A stretch of 64,000 bases of DNA from NCBI GenBank assembly GCA_038063735.1, contig JBBTUN010000004.1, positions 190,921 through 254,920 on the forward strand. Reading direction: 5' to 3'. This stretch comes from Patescibacteria group bacterium. Its GTDB lineage: Bacteria > Patescibacteriota > Microgenomatia > Curtissbacterales > GWA2-41-24. Positions 11,283 through 21,799 of the stretch are shown piece after piece. The notes under the pieces were generated by a model, which searched no databases, was not told where the DNA came from, and saw only the letters and a list, made by a program, of their open reading frames with translations. Both the position numbers and the translations under genes were made by a program. The first letter of the stretch is position 1. Every line of letters starts with the position of its first letter.

Positions 11283-12032
11283 ATGAATTTAAACGTTGAG
11301 AAAAATTTGAGAAATTTTTTCGATAAGTATTTTTGGGGCCAGCATCCAGAAGCTGCTTTGCGTTACGCCCCTGTTGTTTCGGAAATTAAAAAAGCAAAAC
11401 TGCAAAATTCAAAAATACTTGAAATTGGATCCGGCTCTTTGGGCATCACCCCTTATTTTAAAAAGAGGATAGATGGAGTTGACATTGATTTCGCTGGTCC
11501 AAAAAGTGACTATTTGAATAAAATCAAAGGAAGTGGATCAAAATTGCCTTTTCGCAAAAATACTTACGATGTGTCAATATCTGTTGACGTTTTGGAACAC
11601 ATTTTGCCTACTGACAGAGAAAAAGCGATTTTTGAAATGATGAGGGTTACAAAAAAATTGGCGATCATCGTTGTTCCTTGCGGAAAAGGCGCAGAAGAAC
11701 AGGATAGGCAACTAAACATGTATTGGCAAAAACTTATGAAAAGTAAAAATAAATTTCTAACTGAACACGTAGAAAATGGCTTGCCCAAAGCAGATGAAAC
11801 GCTTGTTTACATCGACCGCGCCAAAAGGCTCCTTAACAAAAATGCAACAGTAACGTCATACCCTAATCTAAATTTATTTGTTAGAAATGTGCTTATGAAA
11901 ACATGGATTACCAACAACAAGTATATTTACTACCTTTACCTAAAAGGTTATTTATTTGCAGTCCCAATTTTAAAATTTTTCAACTTTTCGAAGGCTTATC
12001 GACGCGTGTTTGTGATAAAATTCGCGTATTGA
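11283..12032 (+). CDS. Class I SAM-dependent methyltransferase
   Basis: ILEIGSGS, GVDID, LPF...YD, DVLEH. Confidence 0.85.
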   Translation: MNLNVEKNLRNFFDKYFWGQHPEAALRYAPVVSEIKKAKLQNSKILEIGSGSLGITPYFKKRIDGVDIDFAGPKSDYLNKIKGSGSKLPFRKNTYDVSISVDVLEHILPTDREKAIFEMMRVTKKLAIIVVPCGKGAEEQDRQLNMYWQKLMKSKNKFLTEHVENGLPKADETLVYIDRAKRLLNKNATVTSYPNLNLFVRNVLMKTWITNNKYIYYLYLKGYLFAVPILKFFNFSKAYRRVFVIKFAY

Positions 12033-13162
12033 AAATAGCAATCGATGTATCTCAAATTGTTTATCAAACAGGTGTATCACGTTACACAGAGAACTTAGTC
12101 GAGTCATTGCTCAAAGTCGACAATAAAAACGATTATCTCCTCTTTGGAACATCACTTCGACAGCTCCCTAGACTAAACAAGCTTAAAAAAAAATTTGCAG
12201 CTCTTGAGAATGTCCAGTTCAAATTTTTTCCTTTTCCAATTGGCTTTTTTGAAATTATTTTCAACAAAATTCACCTAATTAAGCTTGAAAAGGTTATAGG
12301 CAATTTTGATATTTTACACACCTCCGATTGGATTGAGCCGGCGATAAATCAGAATGAGTCAAAGAAGATAACCACGATTCACGATGTGGTTCCTTATCTT
12401 TTCCCATCTTCCCTGCCAAGGAGGATACTCAAAAACCAAGAGGTACGTCTAAAACTTGTCAAAAAAGAATCCGATTTAATAATTGCTGTATCAAATTCAA
12501 CAAAAGAAGATGTTGTTAAATTTTTAGAAATTCCAAATGAAAGAATAAGAGTAATAAACAATGCCGCATCGCCAGCATTTAAGCCCCAGCTAGAGGAAAA
12601 AATCAACGAGGTTTTATCTAAATTCAAAATAAAAAAACCGTATATTCTCTCAGTAGCAACGCAGGAACCACGGAAAAATATACAAAAACTTGTGGATGCT
12701 TTTGAAAAGATTAATAAAGCAAAACCAGAACTTAATTTAGTCTTAACCGGAAAATACGGGTGGGGTCCGGCGCTGGATGTTGTCCCAAACGTAATCCAGA
12801 CAGGTTTCGTAAAAGAAGAAGAATTAATATCTCTTTATGCCGGTTGCGCTGTTTTTGTTTACCCATCTCTTTATGAAGGTTTTGGTTTGCCCGTGTTGGA
12901 GGCCATGGCTTGTGGGGCTCCGGTTATCACATCTAATAATTCGTCACTTGTCGAAATTGCCAAAGACGCAGCAATTCTCATTGACCCCAGGAGCGAAGGA
13001 CAACTGAAAAAAGCGCTTGAGATCATTCTTAATTTGGATACCGAGGACCGTCAAAAAATGGTCAGAGCAAGCCTAGATCGCGCAAGGCAGTATTCCTGGT
13101 CTAAAACGGCAAAAGAAACCTTAAAAGTCTACGAAGAGTTAGCAAGAATCATTGTCAGATGA
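12029..13162 (+). CDS. GT4 glycosyltransferase (MtfB/WbpY-like)
   Basis: Likely TTG start in a TTGA overlap giving MKIAID; TIHD, EPRKN, YEGFGLPVLEAMACG. Confidence 0.9.
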   Translation: MKIAIDVSQIVYQTGVSRYTENLVESLLKVDNKNDYLLFGTSLRQLPRLNKLKKKFAALENVQFKFFPFPIGFFEIIFNKIHLIKLEKVIGNFDILHTSDWIEPAINQNESKKITTIHDVVPYLFPSSLPRRILKNQEVRLKLVKKESDLIIAVSNSTKEDVVKFLEIPNERIRVINNAASPAFKPQLEEKINEVLSKFKIKKPYILSVATQEPRKNIQKLVDAFEKINKAKPELNLVLTGKYGWGPALDVVPNVIQTGFVKEEELISLYAGCAVFVYPSLYEGFGLPVLEAMACGAPVITSNNSSLVEIAKDAAILIDPRSEGQLKKALEIILNLDTEDRQKMVRASLDRARQYSWSKTAKETLKVYEELARIIVR

Positions 13163-13225
13163 AAACATCTCCCGTCAAGCTATAATTTCGTAGAAATTAC
13201 ATGAGTTTACGAATATAATTAAATT

Positions 13226-14323
13226 ATGTTAATAGGTCTAGATGGAAACGAAGCAAACGTCAAAAACAGAGTTGGCTCCGGTCAATACGCCTACTCCATG
13301 CTGGCACAATTTGCCAAAAATAAAAGCCACGATTTTATTGTTTATTTAAAAGAGAAACCACTCTCGGATTTGCCAACCAAAACGTCAAATTATAAATACC
13401 AGGTCTTTGGGCCTACAAGGCTTTGGACACAATTTGCCTTGCCTATTAAGCTCACATTCTCGTCAAAAATCGACCTGTTCTTTACACTTGGTCATTACGG
13501 CCCGCGTTTTTCCCGAGTTCCATACGCTATAACAATCTTTGATCTTTCGTATCTGCATTTTCCAGAACTTTTTAACAAAGACGATCTTTATCAGCTAATC
13601 AACTGGTCCAAATATTCAATTAAAGCCGCAAAGCACATTTTTGCAATTTCAACCTCTACCAAAGACGACATAATCAAAAATTACGATATAAATCCAAATA
13701 AAATCTCCATAACACACATGGGGTATAACGAAGAGCTTTTCAAACTACAGCCAACAGCAAAAATTAAAAAAGTTAAAGAAAAATACGCAATTACAGGAGA
13801 CTACATAATTTTCGTGGGCACGCTGCAGCCACGCAAAAACGTTGAGAGCCTTTTAAAAGCCCTAAAATTAATAGACCTGGGTATTAAGCTGGTTGTTGTA
13901 GGTAAAAAAGGGTGGTTATTTGACTCTATTTTTAAAAAAGTTAGAGAATCAAAACTCGAGGCAAACGTAATTTTTACGGACTATGTTACTCAGCAGGAAC
14001 TGCCAGCCTTAATTTCCGGAGCTAAACTATATGTTTTACCTTCGCTCTACGAAGGATTTGGCATTCCGGTTATCGAGGCTCAAGCCTGCGGAGTACCGAC
14101 TGTGGTATCAAACACATCCAGCTTGCCTGAGGTAGTAGGCAAGAGTGGAGTATTAATAGACCCTACAGATTCCAATTCTATTGCAAAGGGAATTAAAAAA
14201 ATTCTTTCAAGCGAAAAATTATCTCAAGATTTGGTTAAAATGGGCTACGAAAACGTAAAGCGCTTCTCCTGGGAAAAATGCGCCGCCGAAACTCTCAAAG
14301 TTCTGGAATCACTAAACCGATAG
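13226..14323 (+). CDS. GT4 glycosyltransferase (MtfB-like)
   Basis: MLIGLDG, GTLQPRKN, YEGFGIPVIEAQACG, FSW. Confidence 0.9.
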   Translation: MLIGLDGNEANVKNRVGSGQYAYSMLAQFAKNKSHDFIVYLKEKPLSDLPTKTSNYKYQVFGPTRLWTQFALPIKLTFSSKIDLFFTLGHYGPRFSRVPYAITIFDLSYLHFPELFNKDDLYQLINWSKYSIKAAKHIFAISTSTKDDIIKNYDINPNKISITHMGYNEELFKLQPTAKIKKVKEKYAITGDYIIFVGTLQPRKNVESLLKALKLIDLGIKLVVVGKKGWLFDSIFKKVRESKLEANVIFTDYVTQQELPALISGAKLYVLPSLYEGFGIPVIEAQACGVPTVVSNTSSLPEVVGKSGVLIDPTDSNSIAKGIKKILSSEKLSQDLVKMGYENVKRFSWEKCAAETLKVLESLNR

Positions 14324-14402
14324 TAAAGTGGCAATTTGCCCAAAAACTGAACCCATAGTACAATAATTGGTAAAGTTAACCGCCATTGTTTATATTAAAT
14401 GT

Positions 14403-14999
14403 ATGAAGGACCGAATGGGCAAAGACCTATCTTCAACTGAAATCGCTGCAAAAGCGGCGAGTCGCATTAATTGGATCTTAATGGATTTTTGGCTGTACAT
14501 TCTCAATCGTCTTGCTTATAACGTACCCTTCCACTTTATTCGCAGATTTTTCTTTGTGATATCTGGAATGAAAATGGGAAAAGATTCGTTTATCCATATG
14601 TGGTCGCGTGTTTATAACCCCGCAGGCATAGAAATCGGCGAAGGCACAATAGTTGGCGACCACGCATTCCTAGACGGCCGTGCACCGCTTATCATTGGAA
14701 ACCATGTCGATATCGCCTCTCAAGTTTTAATTTACAACAGTGAACACGATGTTCATTCCAGCGGATTCGATCCACGAGAAGAGCCTGTGGAAATTGGCGA
14801 CTACGCGTTTATAGGGCCAAGAGTAACGATTTTGCCTGGAGTTAAAATAGGTAGAGGAGCAATAGTTGCAGCCGGCGCAGTTGTAGTAGAAAACGTCGGT
14901 GACTTTGAAATAGTTGGTGGGGTACCCGCCAAAAAAATCGGGGAGAGAAAAAACAAGGATCCGCACTACAAACTTGGCCGCGCCCGTCTTTTTCAATGA
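14403..14999 (+). CDS. Left-handed beta-helix sugar O-acyltransferase
   Basis: Hexapeptide repeats, ILPGVKIGRGAIVAAGAVV, GGVPAK. ATG 14403 chosen because a -10 box lies 6 nt upstream. Confidence 0.85.
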   Translation: MKDRMGKDLSSTEIAAKAASRINWILMDFWLYILNRLAYNVPFHFIRRFFFVISGMKMGKDSFIHMWSRVYNPAGIEIGEGTIVGDHAFLDGRAPLIIGNHVDIASQVLIYNSEHDVHSSGFDPREEPVEIGDYAFIGPRVTILPGVKIGRGAIVAAGAVVVENVGDFEIVGGVPAKKIGERKNKDPHYKLGRARLFQ

Positions 15000-15868
15000 T
15001 TCCAGCAATCTTTTTATTTGCACTGGTATTAGGTGGAGCAGGCTCGGCGCTCATTAAATTTGGTGGCAGCCAAATCAATCCAATTGCCCTCGTTTTCTTT
15101 CGGGCACTCGTTTCACTTATTATTGTGCTGCCCTTTGTAAACAGGCAGGAAGTGACCACAGCTATTAAAAACTCAAAAACATTAATAGCAGCAGGATTAT
15201 TGTTTGCTCTAAACTGGATATTTTTTGCATACGGTATTCAAAGAACTAATGTGTTCGTCGGTCAGCTCATCTATGTCCCCACGTCGCTGATCGTAGCAGG
15301 ATTAGGCTACTTCCTTTTAAGGGAAAAATTAACAAAAATACAAATAATAGGACTTTTACTCACCTTAGTCGGAATGCTTATTTTATTTCTTGGTGCGCTT
15401 GGATCTCAAGAAACATTCTCCTTGGGCACCCCGCTCGGCAACTTTTTGGTCATGGGCGGCCTTATCTCATGGTCACTGTATATAATAATTACTAGAAAAG
15501 TAAGTGACAAATTTAGCCCTCTTAGCATCATATTCGTAGATTTTTTCCTGACAACAATACTATCCGGCATCTTGTTAATTCCTGCATCTGGACAAACAGA
15601 TTTTTTGCTATTGAAGTTTGAACCAAACTTAATTCTTTCAATTATCGCAGCCGCTGTTATCTCTTCCGTGGGATTTTTTATTTTGAGTCAATGGCTTATA
15701 AAAAATACCTCAGCCTTTATATCTTCCACTTTTATTTATCCAACTACACTGTCTGCGTTGGTATACGGAATAATTTTTTTTGGGGAGAGATTGTCCTTGG
15801 TAATAATTTTAGCTAGTATTTTAATACTGGTTGGCGTTTTTCTTGGTACAAACCTATCCATAAATTAA
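14996..15868 (+). CDS. EamA/DMT-family transporter
   Basis: 10 TM in two repeats; FFR, LLREKL, FFGERL motifs. Confidence 0.85.
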   Translation: MIPAIFLFALVLGGAGSALIKFGGSQINPIALVFFRALVSLIIVLPFVNRQEVTTAIKNSKTLIAAGLLFALNWIFFAYGIQRTNVFVGQLIYVPTSLIVAGLGYFLLREKLTKIQIIGLLLTLVGMLILFLGALGSQETFSLGTPLGNFLVMGGLISWSLYIIITRKVSDKFSPLSIIFVDFFLTTILSGILLIPASGQTDFLLLKFEPNLILSIIAAAVISSVGFFILSQWLIKNTSAFISSTFIYPTTLSALVYGIIFFGERLSLVIILASILILVGVFLGTNLSIN

Positions 15869-15876
15869 GAAGTAAA

Positions 15877-16770
15877 ATGGACGTAACCGTAATTATTGTC
15901 AACTGGAATACAAAAAAACTTCTTCAGGATTGCCTTGAATCCATTTATAAATTTACTAAAGGCATCTCGTTTGAGGTAATAGTTGTCGACAACGCTTCGG
16001 AAGATGGCAGCCAAACAATGGTAAGGCAAAAATTTCCCCAAGTTAAATTAATCCAAAACAAAAACAACGCAGGTTTTGCAACAGCTAACAATCAAGGCAT
16101 AAGAGAGGCAAAAGGAAAATATATTTTTCTCCTTAACTCAGACGCGTATTTGATAGAAAATTCGCTTAAAAAACTTCTGGAAATTGGCGATTCAAACAAA
16201 AATTTAGGGGTTCTGTGCCCCCTGCTCCTTAACGAAGACAAAAGTATTCAACAATCTGTCGGATTTTCTCCCAACTTATGGCGGGTATTTTTATGGATGA
16301 CTTTTATAGATGATCTGCCTTTTGGCTATCTCTTAAAACCATTTCATGTTGATCATGATGCTTTTTACAAAAATTCCCAGGAAATAGATTGGGCAAGTGG
16401 CGCCGCAATCTTAATTCCAAAAACTGTCATAAAAAAAGCAGGTTTACTTGACGAAAAAATCTTTATGTATGGTGAGGATGTCGAGTGGTGCTATCGCATT
16501 AAAGTTTCAGGCTTTTCCAATTATTTTTCACCGAAAACCAAGATCATTCACATTGGCAGGGGATCCAGCGGTAAAATTGCCAAAAATGCTTTCTTGGGAG
16601 AATACATAGGTCTCATTTACTTTTACAAAAAGCACAGGGGAGTTATTTCTTTGCAATTACTGCTAGTCTTCCTTAAAATAGGAGCACTGGCAAGAATTTT
16701 TATCTTCTCTATTTTGGGGAGAAAAGAGCTTGCCAAAGTTTATGAAGAAGCTTTTAAAGTGGCTGGATGA
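15877..16770 (+). CDS. GT2 glycosyltransferase (WbbL/rhamnosyltransferase-like)
   Basis: IIVNWNT, VDNASEDG, NAGFATANNQG, LLNSD, FMYGEDVEWC. Confidence 0.9.
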   Translation: MDVTVIIVNWNTKKLLQDCLESIYKFTKGISFEVIVVDNASEDGSQTMVRQKFPQVKLIQNKNNAGFATANNQGIREAKGKYIFLLNSDAYLIENSLKKLLEIGDSNKNLGVLCPLLLNEDKSIQQSVGFSPNLWRVFLWMTFIDDLPFGYLLKPFHVDHDAFYKNSQEIDWASGAAILIPKTVIKKAGLLDEKIFMYGEDVEWCYRIKVSGFSNYFSPKTKIIHIGRGSSGKIAKNAFLGEYIGLIYFYKKHRGVISLQLLLVFLKIGALARIFIFSILGRKELAKVYEEAFKVAG

Positions 16771-18289
16771 TCATATTTTAGAGTATCTAGCCTTTGCCCT
16801 TCTTATAATTATTCCTCTTTACCCTAAAATTCCCCTCGCGGATATTTTACCGGGTTACATTGTAAGAATCCGTTTGGACGATTTTTTGGTAGGTTTTACT
16901 TTTTTGGTTTGGGCAATATGGGTTGTTCGCAAAAAGGTTACCTTAAAAGATAATCCACTCCTTGTCCCAATTATAATTTACATAATTATTGGCTTTATTT
17001 CATCCCTTTCTGCAATATTCATAACTAAAACTGTACCATTTCAGGCAATCCATATAGAAAAAATCTTTCTTCACTGGGCAAGAAGAATCGAATATTTTTC
17101 CGTGTTTTTCGTATTTTTCTCATCAATTAAGTCACTTGTGCAAATTAAAAAATATGTTTATCTGGCAGCCATCGTGTTGTTGCTCGTGTCCATTTATGGT
17201 TTCGGTCAAAAATATTACAGATTTCCGGTTTACTCTACAATGAACCGGGAATTTTCCAAGGGTATTGCGCTCTATTTAAGCGACCACGGGCGTGTACTTT
17301 CCACGTTTGGTGGCCATTATGACCTTGCAGCATATTTAATGATTGTTCTCACATTATTTATTCCTCTTGCCCTTGTTGTTAAAAAATGGTGGCAGAAATT
17401 GTTATTTTTTATCGTTTCCATGTTTGGTTTTTGGCTACTCATACTGACAGTATCAAGGACATCGTTTCTTGCTTATTTAGTTTCAATAACCGTAGTATTT
17501 GGGGTTCTAATTCTTAAAAAAGGGTGGTTTTGGGCACTCTCCAGGTGGTTTGCAGTCATACTAATCTCAATGACAATAATGTTGTCTTTCGGTCAACTTT
17601 CCGAGAGGTTCGCGCACTTATTAAAAATGGATAGCTTAATTGCTGTTGCCTTTAAACCTTTAAAAGATGCACCAAGTGGGGCCGGCACCGCCTTTTTAGA
17701 TGTTGGCTCAAAATCAGATATACCCCCAAGTGCCCAAAAACCGGGGCAGGAGCAAAAACCTGCTGACGTTTATACGGATGTCCCGGAATATGGTAATGAT
17801 GAAGGTTTACCTTCCACCCTCGCTGCAAAGCCAAGGATTTACTCCCAAAACGCCATTCAGTATGACCTTTCAACTAGTATTAGGCTAGACTACACCTGGC
17901 CAAAGGCGATACAGGGTTTTACCAGAAATCCCCTCCTAGGCTCAGGCTACTCGACATTAACAAAAGCTAATATTGAAGATTTTACAGAAGCAGAATCAAC
18001 CGATAACGATTTTCTTCGCACACTTGGAGAAACCGGCATGCTCGGTTTCCTGTCCTTTTACGGAATTATCGCCGTAGTTTGCTACCAAGCCTTCTCCGGT
18101 TTTAGCAAGATAAAGGACTTGTTTCATGCAACCGTTGTTGCCGGCCTTTTTGCAGCTACAATCGGGCTTCTGGTAAACGCTTTTTATATAGATGTTTTTG
18201 TTGCATCAAAAGTTGCTTACACTTTTTGGATATTAGTCGCAATTCTTCTTGCAACTGTAAAATATTCAATCAACAATAAAAGCACGTGA
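16742..18289 (+). CDS. O-antigen ligase/Wzy_C-like membrane protein
   Basis: RVLSTFG, LTVSRTS, R...W..A...F..NPLLGSG, L.ETG.LG motifs. Confidence 0.85.
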   Translation: MKKLLKWLDDHILEYLAFALLIIIPLYPKIPLADILPGYIVRIRLDDFLVGFTFLVWAIWVVRKKVTLKDNPLLVPIIIYIIIGFISSLSAIFITKTVPFQAIHIEKIFLHWARRIEYFSVFFVFFSSIKSLVQIKKYVYLAAIVLLLVSIYGFGQKYYRFPVYSTMNREFSKGIALYLSDHGRVLSTFGGHYDLAAYLMIVLTLFIPLALVVKKWWQKLLFFIVSMFGFWLLILTVSRTSFLAYLVSITVVFGVLILKKGWFWALSRWFAVILISMTIMLSFGQLSERFAHLLKMDSLIAVAFKPLKDAPSGAGTAFLDVGSKSDIPPSAQKPGQEQKPADVYTDVPEYGNDEGLPSTLAAKPRIYSQNAIQYDLSTSIRLDYTWPKAIQGFTRNPLLGSGYSTLTKANIEDFTEAESTDNDFLRTLGETGMLGFLSFYGIIAVVCYQAFSGFSKIKDLFHATVVAGLFAATIGLLVNAFYIDVFVASKVAYTFWILVAILLATVKYSINNKST

Positions 18290-19719
18290 AGAAAATTGAG
18301 CTTCTTATATTTGCAGCAATTATACTTTTGGCGCTTATTCTCAGACTCTATAAAATAGACAGGCCCCTTGCTGATTGGCACTCTTGGAGACAAGCAGATA
18401 CGGCAGCCGTTGCCCGGAATTTCATTAAAGAGGGCTATACGCCTTTCGTACCAAAGTTTGATGACATGTCGGCCCAAGCCAATGGACAAAATAACCCAAA
18501 TAGATATCGTTTTGTCGAATTTCCAATCTATAACTCAATTGTAGCCGCCGTTTGGCTAGTTACAGGGGTATCCACATTGTCCGCGCGGTTGGTAACCGTA
18601 GCTATCACTATTGCCTCTACAATATTTTTATATCTTGTTGTAAAGCACTTTTCTCAATGGGAAACAGCAGCCCTAGCGGCATTTTTCTTTGCAACAATCC
18701 CATACAATGTTTTTTACTCATCAACAATTCTACCCGGGCCATTCATGGTTTTTAGTCTTTTGGCGCTCTACTATTTCTTTATAAAATTTCTTCAAAAAGA
18801 AAATTTCGTTTTCCTCTTTCTTTCAGTCATTTTTACAAACCTGGCTCTTCTGTCTTGGCCAATAGCAGTTTTCTTTTTGCTGCCAATTGCATACTTGACC
18901 TTAGAAAAATATGGATTAAAGGGCATCAAAAACTATAAATTATGGATTTATGCCATTTTGTCAGTTTTACCGCTACTCGCCTGGAGAATTTGGATTCTAA
19001 AGTTTCCGGCAGGAATTCCAAACTGGCGTTTTTTAATTAACGAGGGAAACATTCGTTTTAAGGGGGCATTTTTCCGCTGGATTTTAGCAGAACGCTTAGG
19101 TAAATTAATCCTGACGGTTGGTGGTTTTGCTCTTGCAACTATTGGTGTTATTAAAAAGCCTGGAAACGAAAAACTCTTTTATTATTCACTATTTGCATCG
19201 TGTATTCTGTATGTTTCCATTTTTGCATCAGGCAATGTAAGACACGACTACTACCAAATTCCCTTAATCCCGATAGCAGCTATTTTTATGGCAATAGGCA
19301 CCCGTTGGTTAGTCGATTTTAAATCATCACTCTTAAATAAATATGTGTCTTTAACTGTTGTAGTGTTTTTGCTTTTTTTAATGTATGCGCTAGGCTGGTA
19401 TGAGGTCCAGGGTTACTACTGGATAAATAAGCCACAAATAATTACTGCAGGGGAAGCAGCCGACAGACTTCTGCCAAAAGACGCAACCGTCGTTGCTCCC
19501 TATAATGGCGACTCAGCGTTTTTATATGCCACAAACAGGTATGGTTACCCAATTGTAGACAGGCCCCTAACAACACTCGTCGGAGAAGGTACAAAATATT
19601 TAGTTACGGTAGATGTAGAAGATGCTGGCATAAAAAACATAATCGCAAACTGCATAGTTTTAGAAAAAACGACTGACTATGCAATTTTAGAAATGACACA
19701 AGAGTGTTTACAGCGGTAA
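18286..19719 (+). CDS. GT-C glycosyltransferase (GT39/ArnT-like)
   Basis: HSWRQADTAAVARNF, EFPIYN, HDYYQ motifs; polytopic. Confidence 0.85.
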   Translation: MKKIELLIFAAIILLALILRLYKIDRPLADWHSWRQADTAAVARNFIKEGYTPFVPKFDDMSAQANGQNNPNRYRFVEFPIYNSIVAAVWLVTGVSTLSARLVTVAITIASTIFLYLVVKHFSQWETAALAAFFFATIPYNVFYSSTILPGPFMVFSLLALYYFFIKFLQKENFVFLFLSVIFTNLALLSWPIAVFFLLPIAYLTLEKYGLKGIKNYKLWIYAILSVLPLLAWRIWILKFPAGIPNWRFLINEGNIRFKGAFFRWILAERLGKLILTVGGFALATIGVIKKPGNEKLFYYSLFASCILYVSIFASGNVRHDYYQIPLIPIAAIFMAIGTRWLVDFKSSLLNKYVSLTVVVFLLFLMYALGWYEVQGYYWINKPQIITAGEAADRLLPKDATVVAPYNGDSAFLYATNRYGYPIVDRPLTTLVGEGTKYLVTVDVEDAGIKNIIANCIVLEKTTDYAILEMTQECLQR

Positions 19720-20909
19720 TGAAGATCCTAATGATCACCCCGTACTTACCTTATCCTTTGGTGTCTGGCGGACAAATACGCACTTATAACTTATTAAAAA
19801 ACTTATCCTCTAAACATAAAATTACCCTGGTCTCGTTCATAAGAGAACCGAAAGAGAAGCAATACTTAAAAGACTTAAAACCGTTTTGCGAAAATATTTT
19901 AGTTTATCAAAGGAGAAAAGCCTGGTCACCGCTTAATATAATTCTGGCAGCGGTTACCCCATACCCATTTTTAGTGTCAATTTATATAAGCAGGTCCTTG
20001 AGGCGGGATATAAGTAACCTTCTGGAAAAAGAGAATTTTGACCTGATTCACGCAGAAACATTTTACGTCATGCCGAATATCCCGCAAACTAACGTACCAA
20101 TATTTTTGGTAGAGCAGGTAATAGAGTACCTTGTTTACCAAAGGTTTGTAGAGGGGCTACCGTCCTGGTTTACATTTTTAAAACCATTTTTAAAATTCGA
20201 TGTGGCAAAAATTAAATGGTGGGAGAAGCATTACTGGACCAGGGCAAAAAGGTTAGCGGCCATGTCCCAAGACGACAAAAATTTCATAGAAGGAATAGAT
20301 TCTAGTTTGAAAGTCGATGTCGTTGCCAATGGAGTAGACATCCACTACTTTGCAAATATCAAAAAACAAAAGACAAATAAACCAACAATTTTATTTGTAG
20401 GAAACTTTAAATGGTTGCCAAACAGGGATGCGGCTCAATTTTTAGTAAAAGACATATGGCCGCTGATTAAATCCCAAATAACTGATGCCAGACTTTGGAT
20501 AGTTGGCAGAAACCCAACACCCGACCTTAAAAATTATGCATCTGGTGACATATCGATTGATGAGGGTGTTGGGGATATAAGAACAGCCTATGGCAAAAGT
20601 GACGTTCTTTTAGCACCAATCAGAAACGGTAGGGGAACAAAATATAAAATTCTGGAAGCAATGGCTACTAAAACTGCAATTGTAGGCACCCCTCTTGCAA
20701 CAGAAGGAATTAACATAATTAACAATAAACACGCACTTATCGGGGAATCAGCCAAAGATTTAGCCGAAAAAACCATTCGCTTGCTAAAAAATCACGAAGA
20801 AAGTAAAACCCTGGCACAAAACGCTTACGAGTTGGTAGCCACAGACTACAACTGGAAAAAAATATCAAATAGCCTGGACAAAGTTTATAGAGAGGTTGGC
20901 GCGAAGTAA
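19719..20909 (+). CDS. GT4 glycosyltransferase
   Basis: MKILMITPYLPYP..SGG.IR, NGVD, GTKYKILEAMA; TAATG overlap with upstream stop. Confidence 0.9.
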   Translation: MKILMITPYLPYPLVSGGQIRTYNLLKNLSSKHKITLVSFIREPKEKQYLKDLKPFCENILVYQRRKAWSPLNIILAAVTPYPFLVSIYISRSLRRDISNLLEKENFDLIHAETFYVMPNIPQTNVPIFLVEQVIEYLVYQRFVEGLPSWFTFLKPFLKFDVAKIKWWEKHYWTRAKRLAAMSQDDKNFIEGIDSSLKVDVVANGVDIHYFANIKKQKTNKPTILFVGNFKWLPNRDAAQFLVKDIWPLIKSQITDARLWIVGRNPTPDLKNYASGDISIDEGVGDIRTAYGKSDVLLAPIRNGRGTKYKILEAMATKTAIVGTPLATEGINIINNKHALIGESAKDLAEKTIRLLKNHEESKTLAQNAYELVATDYNWKKISNSLDKVYREVGAK

Positions 20910-21799
20910 TGGATATCTCTGTAATTATTGTTTCTTATAACACCCGGCAGTTGCTAAGCCATTGTTTAAATTCCATTGAAGAAGCAAAACAGAATCTTAA
21001 AATAGAAATTTTTGTTGTTGATAATAATTCTCACGACAAAACCACCCAAATGGTCAAAAAAGATTTTAGATTGGTCAAATTGATTGCAAACCGGGAAAAC
21101 CTGGGTTTTTCCAAAGCTAACAATATTGCCCTTAAAAAAGCCCGCGGTAAATACATTCTAATTCTTAATCCCGATACAACGATAGACAAAAACACTTTAG
21201 GAACAATGTTTAGCTATATGGAAGAAAATACAAACGTTGCTATGTCTACATGCCGGGTCCAGTTGATCAACGGACAGCTGGATGCGGATTGTAGGAGAAG
21301 ATTCCCAACACCATGGAGAGCCTTCACTCACTTCTCGAAACTTTCAAAAATATTTCCCGGCACCAAACTGTTTGATAGTTACAGGTACGGAGATATAGAC
21401 AGAAACAGTGAACACGAAATAGAAGCTTGTGTAGGCGCCTTTATGTTTATAAGGACTAAAGTCCTGGAAAAAATTGGTTATTTTGACGAAGACTACTTTT
21501 TTTACGGAGAAGATCTGGATTTGTGTTACAGATTTAAAATGGCCGGCGAAAAAATATTTTATACACCCCGCACCAAAATAATTCATTATAAAGGCGCATC
21601 ATCCGGCATCAAAAGCCATTCAAAACACCTAAGTATTGCAACGCTTAAGTCAAAACAAAAAACGCTTAGGGAATCAACAAGGGCGATGGAACTTTTTTAC
21701 AAAAAACACTATCAAAAAATTTACCCTAGACTTATTACATATCCGGTCCTACTTGGTATTAAAGCTATGGAAAAATTTCGCCTCGCAAAAGTAAAATGA
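20909..21799 (+). CDS. GT2 glycosyltransferase (WbbL-like)
   Basis: IIVSYNT, VDNNSHD, NLGFSKANN, LNPD, FFYGEDLDLC. Confidence 0.9.
   Translation: MDISVIIVSYNTRQLLSHCLNSIEEAKQNLKIEIFVVDNNSHDKTTQMVKKDFRLVKLIANRENLGFSKANNIALKKARGKYILILNPDTTIDKNTLGTMFSYMEENTNVAMSTCRVQLINGQLDADCRRRFPTPWRAFTHFSKLSKIFPGTKLFDSYRYGDIDRNSEHEIEACVGAFMFIRTKVLEKIGYFDEDYFFYGEDLDLCYRFKMAGEKIFYTPRTKIIHYKGASSGIKSHSKHLSIATLKSKQKTLRESTRAMELFYKKHYQKIYPRLITYPVLLGIKAMEKFRLAKVK

Noticed and set aside
11903-12028. N-terminal extensions given by the ORF track (also 14367, 33513, 50263, 60513)
   Set aside because: They overlap upstream genes, promoters or RNA structures; family motifs begin at downstream starts.
21781-21788. CCTCGCAA matching the integrase loop motif
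   Set aside because: An 8-bp match inside a coding region without the hairpin or motif B; expected by chance in 64 kb.
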